From: a virus
Length of the DNA stretch: 12,537 nt
UHGV virus genome: UHGV-0172325
Direction: 5' to 3' (one strand)
The notes under the pieces were generated by a model, which was not told where the DNA came from, did not search any database, and saw nothing but the letters and a program-made list of their open reading frames with translations. Below, piece by piece: positions 1 to 7,131 of this stretch (the first letter of the stretch is position 1; each line of letters opens with the position of its first letter). The position numbers were made by a program, and so were the translations under genes.

Positions 1-183
1 TGAACAAAACCACGAGTTCCTGGTGTGCCTTATTCGGCCTGCTAGTTCGAATTTAATTTACGGTTTTTATGTGGTTTTAGGGATAAACACAAGGATGGTG
101 TCCCCTGCAGACATCTACTTGAGGCGGCAGGGGATTGATTGGAATGGTGTTTTTTAGATGTGAAAAATATTTTACCCGCTATT

Positions 184-384
184 TTACCCATTGGCGCGGC
201 TTAAGAGCTTATTTTTGAATTCACAATGGTCACGATATAACCATCTTGCTCGCCCGTGGATAACTTTGGCTTTAGGCAGGTCGCCGGACTTAATCCGGTC
301 ATAAATGAAGGTTTTACCGAAGCCAGTATCGGCCATGATGAATTTCAAATCAACCAGTGAATCAGGTTGTAGTTCGTGTTGCAT
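184..384 (-). CDS. AlpA-family DNA-binding protein / excisionase-like (66 aa)
   Basis: 66-aa ORF. The segment TGFGKTFIYDRIKSGDLPKAKVIHGRARWLYRDHCEF matches the AlpA/Xis pattern (TG..R.TIYDW ... W). It is the last gene of the leftward operon, where xis sits in lambdoid phages. GGAG lies about 9 nt upstream of the ATG. Confidence 0.6.
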   Translation of the reverse strand: MQHELQPDSLVDLKFIMADTGFGKTFIYDRIKSGDLPKAKVIHGRARWLYRDHCEFKNKLLSRANG

Positions 385-426
385 GAGTGCTATCTCCGAA
401 TAGGGAATCGAACCTGCAAATCAGGC

Positions 427-451
427 AATAAAAAACCGCCATCAGGCGGCT
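427..451 (-). terminator. Intrinsic terminator (hairpin CCGCC/GGCGG plus U-run on the minus-strand transcript)
   Basis: Plus strand reads AATAAAAAA-CCGCC-ATCA-GGCGG; on the leftward transcript this gives a GC stem followed by UUUUUUAUU. Lies between the 103-aa ORF and the xis-like gene. Confidence 0.5.
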
Positions 452-492
452 TGGTGTTCTTTCAGTTCTTCAATTCGAATATTGGTTACGTC

Positions 493-804
493 TTATTCGA
501 TGCGCACTCCTGGTATTTCGCCTTTTGATATTGCTAAGTCATAAATTTGCGCGGCACTATACCCATCTCGCATCCATGAATCTAAGGCGCGAATAGCCTC
601 GCTACGCTTTTTATCTTCTCTTTCATTTTTGATATCAACGAGGACATCAACGCAATTAAGGCATATGTGGATTTTGTCCTTACATTCGATCATGGCGGCT
701 TTACCATGATTTCCGCCACACAGTGAGCATAAATCTTCAGGGTCTGGCTGGTATTTCTGTAACGTTAAATGGTTGAATGTTGAACAGGCCATAATCATCT
801 CCAT
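493..804 (-). CDS. Hypothetical Cys-rich protein (103 aa), possible zinc-ribbon
   Basis: ORF with a CSLCGG ... CKDKIHICLNC cysteine cluster (CxxC ... CxxC). Same strand as the operon. Weak ribosome-binding site. Confidence 0.45.
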   Translation of the reverse strand: MEMIMACSTFNHLTLQKYQPDPEDLCSLCGGNHGKAAMIECKDKIHICLNCVDVLVDIKNEREDKKRSEAIRALDSWMRDGYSAAQIYDLAISKGEIPGVRIE

Positions 805-871
805 AAAACAAAACTCGCCGTAGCGAGTTCAGATAAAAGAAATCCATCAATTGGTTAGGGTTTTTGTAATT

Positions 872-1063
872 CTACGAATTATGTTGTTTTTTAGCTTCAG
901 CTTTCCATTCATCAAAGGCAGTGTCTTTGTTCATGGTGCTGATATTGATCTTACGGTCAATATCATATACACGCCACTCACCGTTAGGCCTCTCTTCGCA
1001 TCTAACTAAGTATGAATTGCCATTAATATCTATGCGTCTGTCTATTTGCATGAACATTTTCAA
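872..1063 (-). CDS. Hypothetical protein (63 aa)
   Basis: Protein-like ORF on the operon strand. Start codon uncertain: Met at codons 1, 3 and 5, none with a clear SD. Confidence 0.4.
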   Translation of the reverse strand: MKMFMQIDRRIDINGNSYLVRCEERPNGEWRVYDIDRKINISTMNKDTAFDEWKAEAKKQHNS

Positions 1064-1174
1064 TTTTCGAATCCTCTTTAATATGCATTTTTTGCTATTT
1101 CAGTAGTTTACAATTGATGAGGCGTTATTATACACACTTCATTAATGCAAGCATCTTTATGCTATGCCACTAAT

Positions 1175-1456
1175 TTAGCAATTGATATTCACCTTTATCG
1201 CGTACACTTTTACCGGTTTATCGCCGAAGTGGGGATGTGTGATTGTCTTGATTTCATATCCGTCATACGGGACGTCAATTCTACGGCTGGAATCGTCGCG
1301 CTTCGGATATCCCTTTGTGATAATCAGGCGGTCATACTCCCGGAACATAATTCGCTTATTCCAGTAGTCATTACACAAGCGATACTCTTCCGTTTTCTCT
1401 CCAGACTTCATCTGGTCGAAATATTCACCGTTAACTGCCAGTTGAAGGTTAGCCAC
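1175..1456 (-). CDS. ASCH-domain (PUA-like) protein, 93 aa
   Basis: The N-terminal motif SGEKTEEYR fits the ASCH signature G-x-K-T-x-E-x-R; size is typical for the family. Overlaps the upstream gene's stop by 8 nt, indicating translational coupling. Confidence 0.55.
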   Translation of the reverse strand: MANLQLAVNGEYFDQMKSGEKTEEYRLCNDYWNKRIMFREYDRLIITKGYPKRDDSSRRIDVPYDGYEIKTITHPHFGDKPVKVYAIKVNINC

Positions 1457-2399
1457 GGTTAACCTCCTGCGGCGGTTCTGGTAGCGGCATCCAGTACAAG
1501 GCGTTCCCTAACCACGATAAAGTGCCGTCGCTCAACTCCACGTATTCCCCTTGTACCTGTCCTGCCATATACTCGCCGTGCTTTGAATAAATTAAAATCC
1601 AATCATCTTGAGCGGGCATTCGCTCACTACAGCTTATCCAACCATCCGGAGTTACCGGAGAGTTGCCGGGTTCTTTAATGTGCAAGCGAGGCTCACCATC
1701 TTTTGGCTCAGGCCACTGGCGCTCCATGTTGATCTTCAATTTATCTTCCATAGCAGCGGTAATTTCAGCATCGCTGATGCCAGCACGGCGCTGTGCATCC
1801 CACAACAGAAACTGCATATCAGCCCACTCGCTAAGATCGTCTGGTTCGGCTGCGGCTTCCAGTGCCTCTTTTGAGAGATGTTTCAGCGGGCCAACTGTAC
1901 CAACACAGCCAAACGTCTTATCTGACCATTCAGCATGGCGCTGCCGGATTAAATTGCGCAATTGAAGCGATGATCCGTTCTCCTCTGACAACTCTTCATG
2001 ATTACTTGCAGGTTCGACACCCTGAAGCATGGCGGCGCGGCAGGCATTCCAGCCTCTCACCTCTGCAATAGCGGCAACAGCATCGACCGCGTACATTTTA
2101 AGAGGGTTGGGCATTGGTTTTTCTTCAGGTACTACTGGCACTGGAGGGGCGGCGTATACTTCAATTGTCCCATTATCAATAGGCCATTCCCCATCCTTGA
2201 TGTAGTCACTTGTGCCATCGACCTGCTGTTCTGCAATGTGGAAAGCACCTATTGGTTTTGCTTCCAGTGATGCCAGTGCAATTTTTAATGCGGTAAGCAT
2301 GTTGTTTTGATCTTCATCGAGTCCGAACGGTATTTCATCCCGTGCTGACTCAATGCTGGTAATCGTGTTCTGTAACCATTCTTTGGTAAGAGTATTCAT
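1449..2399 (-). CDS. Prophage early protein, 316 aa; acidic; possible MazG-like dATP/dGTP pyrophosphohydrolase (DUF550-type) plus DUF551-type C-terminus
   Basis: Long ORF whose start sits 3 nt after the upstream stop. The central acidic helical segment (EALEAAAEPDDLSEWADMQFLLWDAQRRAG) and the Trp/Gly-rich C-terminus resemble the DUF550/DUF551 architecture common in enterobacterial prophages. Recalled from memory, not searched. Confidence 0.45.
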   Translation of the reverse strand: MNTLTKEWLQNTITSIESARDEIPFGLDEDQNNMLTALKIALASLEAKPIGAFHIAEQQVDGTSDYIKDGEWPIDNGTIEVYAAPPVPVVPEEKPMPNPLKMYAVDAVAAIAEVRGWNACRAAMLQGVEPASNHEELSEENGSSLQLRNLIRQRHAEWSDKTFGCVGTVGPLKHLSKEALEAAAEPDDLSEWADMQFLLWDAQRRAGISDAEITAAMEDKLKINMERQWPEPKDGEPRLHIKEPGNSPVTPDGWISCSERMPAQDDWILIYSKHGEYMAGQVQGEYVELSDGTLSWLGNALYWMPLPEPPQEVNRG

Positions 2400-2401
2400 A
2401 A

Positions 2402-2593
2402 CTATTTCACTTTAATCTCAATATTTCGCAGCTTTATGTCTACTGGTAGGTCTGACTTTCCTGTTAACGCTAATGCGAGATTTTCAGGAGTAATGAGAGC
2501 AGTTATTGTTTTCCCTATTGCCAGACGAATAATCATTCGTATCTCGCGATCGTCACATGCTCCCGGTCGAACAATTGATATTTGTCCGATCAT
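2402..2593 (-). CDS. Small hypothetical protein (63 aa)
   Basis: Start chosen at the internal Met MIGQISIV..., which has a strong SD (AAGGAGA, 5-nt spacer). The ATG sits 1 nt after the upstream stop (TGA-G-ATG). The 99-aa version in the ORF track lacks an SD. Confidence 0.45.
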   Translation of the reverse strand: MIGQISIVRPGACDDREIRMIIRLAIGKTITALITPENLALALTGKSDLPVDIKLRNIEIKVK

Positions 2594-2594
2594 C

Positions 2595-2786
2595 TCACTC
2601 TCCTTTAGTGCGCAAATGGTTTTTCCAGCGGTTTTGCGCCGCGCTGCCCTTATCTCGGACTCCCTCTCTGGCAATTCCAGAAAATGAAAACAACACCACA
2701 CGACGATTGCTAACTCTCAACCACTGGCTGGGATAGCAAAGTCTGTATACACGGGAAATAAGCATCTTAGCTTTACGGTTTTTCAT
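2595..2786 (-). CDS. Small basic hypothetical protein (63 aa), N-terminus MKNRKAK
   Basis: ORF in ATGA overlap with the upstream ORF stop. Shares an identical first 7 residues with the next ORF. Confidence 0.35.
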   Translation of the reverse strand: MKNRKAKMLISRVYRLCYPSQWLRVSNRRVVLFSFSGIAREGVRDKGSAAQNRWKNHLRTKGE

Positions 2787-2959
2787 CTTACTGCGTACCC
2801 TTTCTTCCGCCTGTTCTGTGACGCGGTGGGTTTATAGTTAAATGCGAATACCACCCTACCAAACATGCCGATCACCGCCCGTTTGTGATTGCTGATTGGT
2901 AGCTTCTCGTACCCCGTCGAACGCGATAAAAGAAGTAATTTTGCTTTACGGTTTTTCAT
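2783..2959 (-). CDS. Small basic hypothetical protein (58 aa), N-terminus MKNRKAK
   Basis: Internal Met of the 72-aa track ORF, with AGGAGA 8 nt upstream. Overlaps the Ea22-like gene's stop by 14 nt. Confidence 0.35.
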   Translation of the reverse strand: MKNRKAKLLLLSRSTGYEKLPISNHKRAVIGMFGRVVFAFNYKPTASQNRRKKGYAVR

Positions 2960-3863
2960 CGTTTTGTTCTCCTGCGTCTCCTTTGATGCGAATGCCAGCA
3001 AGCCAGTTTCTTATGCCGATATATTCAGCGTTCCTGAAACCGCTTTTTACATATATAAATGGCAAGCGAAGATTGTGACCATTGGCTGCCAGGTAGTCTT
3101 TACAACCCTGTTCGGTGAAACAGCAGGTAACGAATTCATCAATATCTTTCACAGCAACGCGCCGCCATTTTTCTGGTGGCTCTCGAAAGTTTTCGTGAAG
3201 TAGTTCGAGACGACGACTTTGGCGTTTATTGGCTTCATTGCCATCTTCATCAACCCAGACAATCCGGTCATAGTCATAATCAGCATCAACAACGATTTCG
3301 CGCTTTTGATACACACAAAACATGGGATCTGACGTTATTCGATTGTCCTGTGTTCGAATATTTTCACCGATGATGCCAAACGAATCTGGTGCAGATTTTG
3401 TCTGCATCTCTTCGATACGTTCAGCCATCGCAGCACACTCTTCAAAGTTGCTTAATGCTTTTCGCTCCCATTCGGCGCATTGTTTTTCCAGTTCTGCTAT
3501 GCGCTTACTTCCATCCGCGATTACTCCCTCGTAATATTCACGCTGTTCGTTGAGTTTTGATTTTGCTGCTTCAAGCTCAACGCGCAGCTTCCCTACCGTT
3601 AGCGCAATATCCTCGTTCTCCTGGTCGCGGAGTTTGATGTATTGCTGGTTCCTTTCCCGTTCATCCAGTAGTGCCAAAGCAACCTTTGGATTAAAGGCAG
3701 CAATAAATTCAGCGTTGTTTTTCAGAACGTGTTGCGCAATGGCCTGACTACTTAGTCGGACCTCATAACCACGTGCGCCACGGTGTGGTTTATATGAGTC
3801 CCAGTCTCCCCACGTTGCTTTCTCTGCCGCCTCACGCAGTGCCTGATAGTCAATCTTGCTCAC
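2946..3863 (-). CDS. Ea22-like coiled-coil prophage protein (about 305 aa from a GTG start)
   Basis: Long ORF with a central coiled-coil ([36 protein letters not shown]...). Start set at the in-frame GTG at 3863, preceded by AAGGAGG with a 6-nt spacer and in GTGA overlap with the upstream stop. The track start at 3884 is also GTG but has no SD. Confidence 0.55.
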   Translation of the reverse strand: MSKIDYQALREAAEKATWGDWDSYKPHRGARGYEVRLSSQAIAQHVLKNNAEFIAAFNPKVALALLDERERNQQYIKLRDQENEDIALTVGKLRVELEAAKSKLNEQREYYEGVIADGSKRIAELEKQCAEWERKALSNFEECAAMAERIEEMQTKSAPDSFGIIGENIRTQDNRITSDPMFCVYQKREIVVDADYDYDRIVWVDEDGNEANKRQSRRLELLHENFREPPEKWRRVAVKDIDEFVTCCFTEQGCKDYLAANGHNLRLPFIYVKSGFRNAEYIGIRNWLAGIRIKGDAGEQNDEKP

Positions 3864-4027
3864 TGGTTGCCTCCTTTGCGCCACATCGCATTCAGATATT
3901 TGTTTTGATTCACTGACGGAAAAGAATTTCTCTTAAGTAATTCCTCTCTCGATGGCATTGGCTTTACGCGTTGGCGAATAATCATTTCTGCCGGAAGAAT
4001 GCCGGGATTGTATGCAAGTCCTCTCAT
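3860..4027 (-). CDS. Small hypothetical protein (55 aa)
   Basis: Internal Met (MRGLAYNPG...) preceded by GAGGAA with a 6-nt spacer. Its stop overlaps the Ea22-like GTG start. A longer version overlaps the upstream gene in another frame. Confidence 0.4.
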   Translation of the reverse strand: MRGLAYNPGILPAEMIIRQRVKPMPSREELLKRNSFPSVNQNKYLNAMWRKGGNQ

Positions 4028-4037
4028 GGTAAATTCC

Positions 4038-4331
4038 TCAGTCATTACTGATAGCGCCATAGCGTGAGCGGTAATTACGCAGGCGCGGGTCAATTTCATG
4101 GAAGTGGGTATATGTGGCTTTGCGGAATGGTCGGATTGATGTCTGGTAAATTCGCTCGCGTTCTTCTTTCTCTGCAAGCCATATACAATTGCGAAATTCC
4201 TTTTCCTCTTTCGTTTCCTGTGGTAGCGACATTATCCGGTCGTAGTTTTTCCTGAATTTATCCAGCACCTCCGATACGGAATTGCCGGAACAGCGGCGCG
4301 CGTCGTCCGCACCATACAGAGGCGCTGGCAT
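4038..4331 (-). CDS. Hypothetical protein (97 aa)
   Basis: ORF with a strong SD (AGGAG, 7-nt spacer), starting 13 nt after the ssb stop. Confidence 0.5.
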   Translation of the reverse strand: MPAPLYGADDARRCSGNSVSEVLDKFRKNYDRIMSLPQETKEEKEFRNCIWLAEKEERERIYQTSIRPFRKATYTHFHEIDPRLRNYRSRYGAISND

Positions 4332-4344
4332 GATTTTCTCCTGA

Positions 4345-4860
4345 TTAAATTGCGTGAATAGCGTGACGAGGGAAGGGGAGAGTTACTGGTGCAAAGGGTA
4401 TATCGTCGTCAAAATCCATAGGTGGTTCGCTGTGATTCCCATGCTGCTTAGATTGCTGTCTTTGTTGCTGACCGTTATTTCGCTGAGGTGAAGACTGTTC
4501 ATTGCCTCCTTGCTTTCCACCAAGCATTTGCATGGTTCCACCAACGCCTACGATAACTTCGGTAGTGAACCGATCCTGTCCGCTTTGATCCTGCCATTTT
4601 CTTGTCCGCAATTTGCCTTCAAGATAAACCTCTGAGCCTTTTCGCAGATATTCGCTGGCAATTTCTGCCAGTTTCCCGCTCATTACCACACGGTGCCACT
4701 CCGTCTGCTCCTTTTGCTCTCCAGTTTGCTTATCACGCCATTGTTCTGACGTAGCAACTGTAAGGTTTGCAAATGCCGTTCCTGATGGTGAATATCTGAT
4801 TTCTGGATCATGACCAAGGCGACCAATAATGATCACCTTATTTACGCCTCTGCTTGCCAT
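4345..4860 (-). CDS. ssb: Single-stranded DNA-binding protein (SSB) with a 15-aa extension beyond the canonical DDDIPF tip
   Basis: N-terminal OB-fold region closely matches E. coli SSB (MASRGVNKV..., [45 protein letters not shown]), followed by a Gly/Gln-rich linker and [11 protein letters not shown]. The ORF then continues [15 protein letters not shown] before the stop. Confidence 0.9.
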   Translation of the reverse strand: MASRGVNKVIIIGRLGHDPEIRYSPSGTAFANLTVATSEQWRDKQTGEQKEQTEWHRVVMSGKLAEIASEYLRKGSEVYLEGKLRTRKWQDQSGQDRFTTEVIVGVGGTMQMLGGKQGGNEQSSPQRNNGQQQRQQSKQHGNHSEPPMDFDDDIPFAPVTLPFPRHAIHAI

Positions 4861-5568
4861 TTATGCCGCCTGTTTTAGCTCGTTAACTCTGATGTTCATT
4901 ACCTGAACGCATTTAGCCTGCGCCTCCTCGTTTCCAGCCATTAATTGCCAGTCACGCTGATAACGCTCGATGAGTTTTTTCTTGTCAGTTTCTGTTGACG
5001 CATAATCGCTGAAGTCTTTCAGGATTTGTTCGCAGTCAACCGATGGAGATTTCTGGTTGGTATTTTCTGGTGGTGATTTGTTATCTGATACTGGCATTGC
5101 CCAGCCCGGCAGCGATGGGGGGGACCAGTAAAATCCTGTTCCATCCTTCAGTTTTGCCCTGTGCCACCCCTGCTTTTTATCGAGAGATGTTTGTGCGAAA
5201 CCTTCCTCAAGGTTATACAGATACCGACCGATTCCCCACTGAACGGCAGCGCGCTTCATTGCACCGGAACGACCGCCTTTGACGGCTTCTACCTGCGTGT
5301 TTTCAGCAGCATCCCATTTGGTTACCCATTCGGAATCAATCTTTATTGATATGCCGCATTCAACGCCGCCGTTGTTGGGAATATCGCGGTATTCATTGCG
5401 CCATCCTGCTTTGCCGCAAACATCGTCCAGGCGTTTCATGATTGCCCGGTTCGTGACATAAGCCAGCACCATAGCCCACACTTTTCCATCGCGTGTTTTA
5501 CCGCTTTGCTGTATTCGCCATTCGATATCTTCAGGGCTGAATGGCTCATCGAATTTGTTCAAATCCAT
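4861..5568 (-). CDS. Rad52/22-family ssDNA-annealing protein (phage recombinase, Sak-like)
   Basis: 235-aa ORF directly upstream of ssb (its stop TAA abuts the ssb ATG). The N-terminal region with KRAAVQWGIGRYLY resembles Rad52-type annealing proteins. Sits where bet/erf occurs in lambdoid phages. Confidence 0.55.
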   Translation of the reverse strand: MDLNKFDEPFSPEDIEWRIQQSGKTRDGKVWAMVLAYVTNRAIMKRLDDVCGKAGWRNEYRDIPNNGGVECGISIKIDSEWVTKWDAAENTQVEAVKGGRSGAMKRAAVQWGIGRYLYNLEEGFAQTSLDKKQGWHRAKLKDGTGFYWSPPSLPGWAMPVSDNKSPPENTNQKSPSVDCEQILKDFSDYASTETDKKKLIERYQRDWQLMAGNEEAQAKCVQVMNIRVNELKQAA

Positions 5569-5737
5569 AATTCACCTCAGAATGGACATGGCCCAAGGAA
5601 ATAACGCTGATTTAATACTTCAGTCTTTGCCGCATTCAAAAATACGCGAACACCTTCACGATCTCCCTTCTGGCGATACATTAACGCCTGCTGCGTGTAC
5701 ATGCGCCTCTGTAACTTGCTCTCCTTCACTGTGGTTG
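5567..5737 (-). CDS. Small hypothetical protein (56 aa) in the kil/gam position
   Basis: Not in the ORF track (under 60 aa). ATG at 5737 is preceded by GAAGGAGATATTC. Translation: MSLATTVKESKLQRRMYTQQALMYRQKGDREGVRVFLNAAKTEVLNQRYFLGPCPF. Overlaps an alternative ORF (5656..5826) in another frame. Confidence 0.35.
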
Positions 5738-5959
5738 CAAGTGACATGAATATCTCCTTCGTTACCGATTAATTCTTTCATCTGACGAATGAATTCTTCG
5801 TCTGACCAGTTATCTGTAAAACTCATTTCCTGCGATACCACGGAAGGTTGATAGCTGATTTCATCGCTTTATTTGCTTCAAGCCACATTTTTGAATCACC
5901 AATAAATCTGGCTATTACTGCTTTGTTTTGTGCCGCACGAAGCATCTGGTGATTAATGG

Positions 5960-6094
5960 CTATTTCATTGCGCATAACGCCTCCAGTTGTTTCTTTGCTG
6001 CTCTGATTAATTGTTTAACTCGGCGTGATAATTCAGATTCGTGCGGGTAGAAAGCGGACATGACGCCGCTACCCGCGAGCTGAAAGTGCATCAT
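5960..6094 (-). CDS. cIII-like small protein (44 aa), putative FtsH-inhibitor analogue
   Basis: Internal Met pair with AGGAG 6 nt upstream. The segment HESELSRRVKQLIRAAKKQL aligns with the lambda CIII core SESLLERITRKLRDGWKRL as recalled from memory. Position between N and the recombination genes matches lambda cIII. Confidence 0.45.
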   Translation of the reverse strand: MMHFQLAGSGVMSAFYPHESELSRRVKQLIRAAKKQLEALCAMK

Positions 6095-6157
6095 GGGTAA
6101 CTCCTTATATTTGATTGCATAACGAAAACGCCTCGAGTGAAGCGTTATTGGTATGCA

Positions 6158-6184
6158 TATAAAAAAGCCCTCACACTGGAGGGC
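6158..6184 (-). terminator. Intrinsic terminator, tL1-like (GCCCUC stem, 6-nt loop, U-run on the leftward transcript)
   Basis: Plus strand reads AAAAAA-GCCCTC-ACACTG-GAGGGC; on the minus-strand RNA the hairpin is followed by UUUUUUAUAU. Lies upstream of the cIII-like gene. Confidence 0.6.
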
Positions 6185-6320
6185 AAAGAAGATTTCCAAT
6201 AATCAGAACAAGTCGGCTCCTGTTTAGTTAAGAGCGACATTGCTCCGTGTATTCACTCGTTGGAATGAATACACAGTGCAGTGTTTATTCTGTTATTTAT
6301 GCCAAAAATAAAGGCCACCA

Positions 6321-6572
6321 TCAGGCAGCCTTGTTGTAAATGTTGCAGGTATCAAGTAAGTAATTAGATGGAGCGCCATAAATTATGAATTCATCGTTTG
6401 TCGGGTCCATCTCCATCTCTTGGCCTATTGCCATTCTTGCGTCAGTGTCATCAGCGGCGAAGCATAAAACAGCCCACGCACCCATTGTTTTAAAAAGAAC
6501 TGCAATTGGCTGTGGTTTTACTGAATTTGCGTTAGCGCGAAAATCACAAATCGCACTTTCATGAAATTCCAT
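6321..6572 (-). CDS. Hypothetical protein (83 aa)
   Basis: ORF with a good SD (GAGGTG, 4-nt spacer). Located between N-like and cIII-like, the lambda ea10/ral slot. An imperfect hairpin plus T-run overlaps its 3' end (about 6303-6335). Confidence 0.5.
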   Translation of the reverse strand: MEFHESAICDFRANANSVKPQPIAVLFKTMGAWAVLCFAADDTDARMAIGQEMEMDPTNDEFIIYGAPSNYLLDTCNIYNKAA

Positions 6573-6630
6573 ATATCACCTCAAATAAGTGGTTTGCTGC
6601 CTAATTTCATTTTCTGGCGACCAACACAAG

Positions 6631-6903
6631 TCATCTTGCTGTCAGTTGTTTGGATTTACGGTAGCCTGCCGCGTAAAGAGCTACATTTGGAAGACAAGTT
6701 GAGCCTTCATATTTTCTGGTCAACGTTGTCAGTGTTATTACTTCTGCTCTCATTGCTGGTTTGCGTTTGCATTGTAAGACCACTCGTGATGGGGTTGGCC
6801 TGTGTAGTTTGTCGGAGCTAATCGCCTCCTGACTTTGCAGGTTTGCGCGACGAGCTCTACGGCGAGAAGCTGCGGTGCCTTTAAATTCTGTTTTTCTGGA
6901 CAT
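6631..6903 (-). CDS. N-like transcription antiterminator (90 aa)
   Basis: Start at the internal Met (6903) with GGAGG 5 nt upstream. The N-terminal arginine-rich motif GTAASRRRARRANL resembles the lambda/P22 N motif. The C-terminus LPNVALYAAGYRKSKQLTAR resembles P22 gp24 as recalled. Lies just downstream of pL and nutL. Confidence 0.6.
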   Translation of the reverse strand: MSRKTEFKGTAASRRRARRANLQSQEAISSDKLHRPTPSRVVLQCKRKPAMRAEVITLTTLTRKYEGSTCLPNVALYAAGYRKSKQLTAR

Positions 6904-7001
6904 AGATTCCTCCCGAATAAACTTTGGCGATGCAATCTCGAAGCTCCTCCTGAGACGGTTGCTTCGGCATTGCATCCCACAGCTTATGTGGTTGGGTGAT
7001 C

Positions 7002-7047
7002 TGGCTTTTCAGCCACGTAGTCGAGAGTCGACGTTGTTTAAAGAGCC
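7002..7047 (-). promoter_or_regulatory. nutL candidate: boxA (GGCTCTTTAAACAACG) and boxB hairpin (UGGCU-GAAA-AGCCA)
   Basis: On the minus strand, a boxA-like GCTCTTTA is followed about 22 nt later by a 5-bp stem with a GAAA loop. The whole ~50-nt segment is closely similar to the nutR candidate, with compensatory stem changes. Confidence 0.55.
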
Positions 7048-7102
7048 TGCCAGTCTGTTCCATTTGGCTTCCAGCGTCCTGCTGATGGTTAAATAGTACG
7101 AT

Positions 7103-7131
7103 ATGTACTTCACTTGGTCAATACAATTTGT
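7103..7131 (-). promoter_or_regulatory. pL candidate: -35 TTGACC, 17-bp spacer, -10 TACTAT (minus strand)
   Basis: Near-consensus sigma-70 hexamers with a 17-bp spacer, oriented toward nutL and N. The spacer contains the 11-mer GAAGTACATAT also found in the cI-cro operator region. Confidence 0.55.

Noticed and set aside
921-2270. Plus-strand ORFs (921..1106, 1145..1462, 1182..1367, 1608..1874, 1663..1965, 1862..2071, 1998..2270)
   Set aside because: They lie antisense to the tightly coupled minus-strand operon genes, have no ribosome-binding sites, and their translations are low-complexity. Read as shadow ORFs.
2402-2701. 99-aa long-start version of the small gene
   Set aside because: The upstream start has no SD and overlaps the preceding gene for about 100 nt. 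The internal Met at 2593 has AAGGAGA at ideal spacing.
5960-6199. 79-aa long-start version of the cIII-like gene
   Set aside because: The N-terminal extension would run through the tL1-like terminator hairpin at 6158-6184 and has no SD. The internal Met at 6094 has AGGAG 6 nt upstream.
6321-6572. Possible Ral (restriction alleviation) identity for the 83-aa protein
   Set aside because: Only the C-terminal NKAA tetrapeptide resembles my recollection of lambda Ral, and the Cys motif I associate with Ral is absent. Too weak to call.
6561-6821. Hydrophobic 86-aa plus-strand ORF
   Set aside because: Entirely antisense to the N-like gene and its neighbour, with no SD. The hydrophobicity is likely a by-product of the complementary strand composition.
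6750-7063. Minus-strand ORFs 6750..6980 and 6881..7063 overlapping N and the nutL leader
   Set aside because: Alternative frames over the N gene and the nut-containing leader. The N frame has the arginine-rich motif and an SD; these do not.
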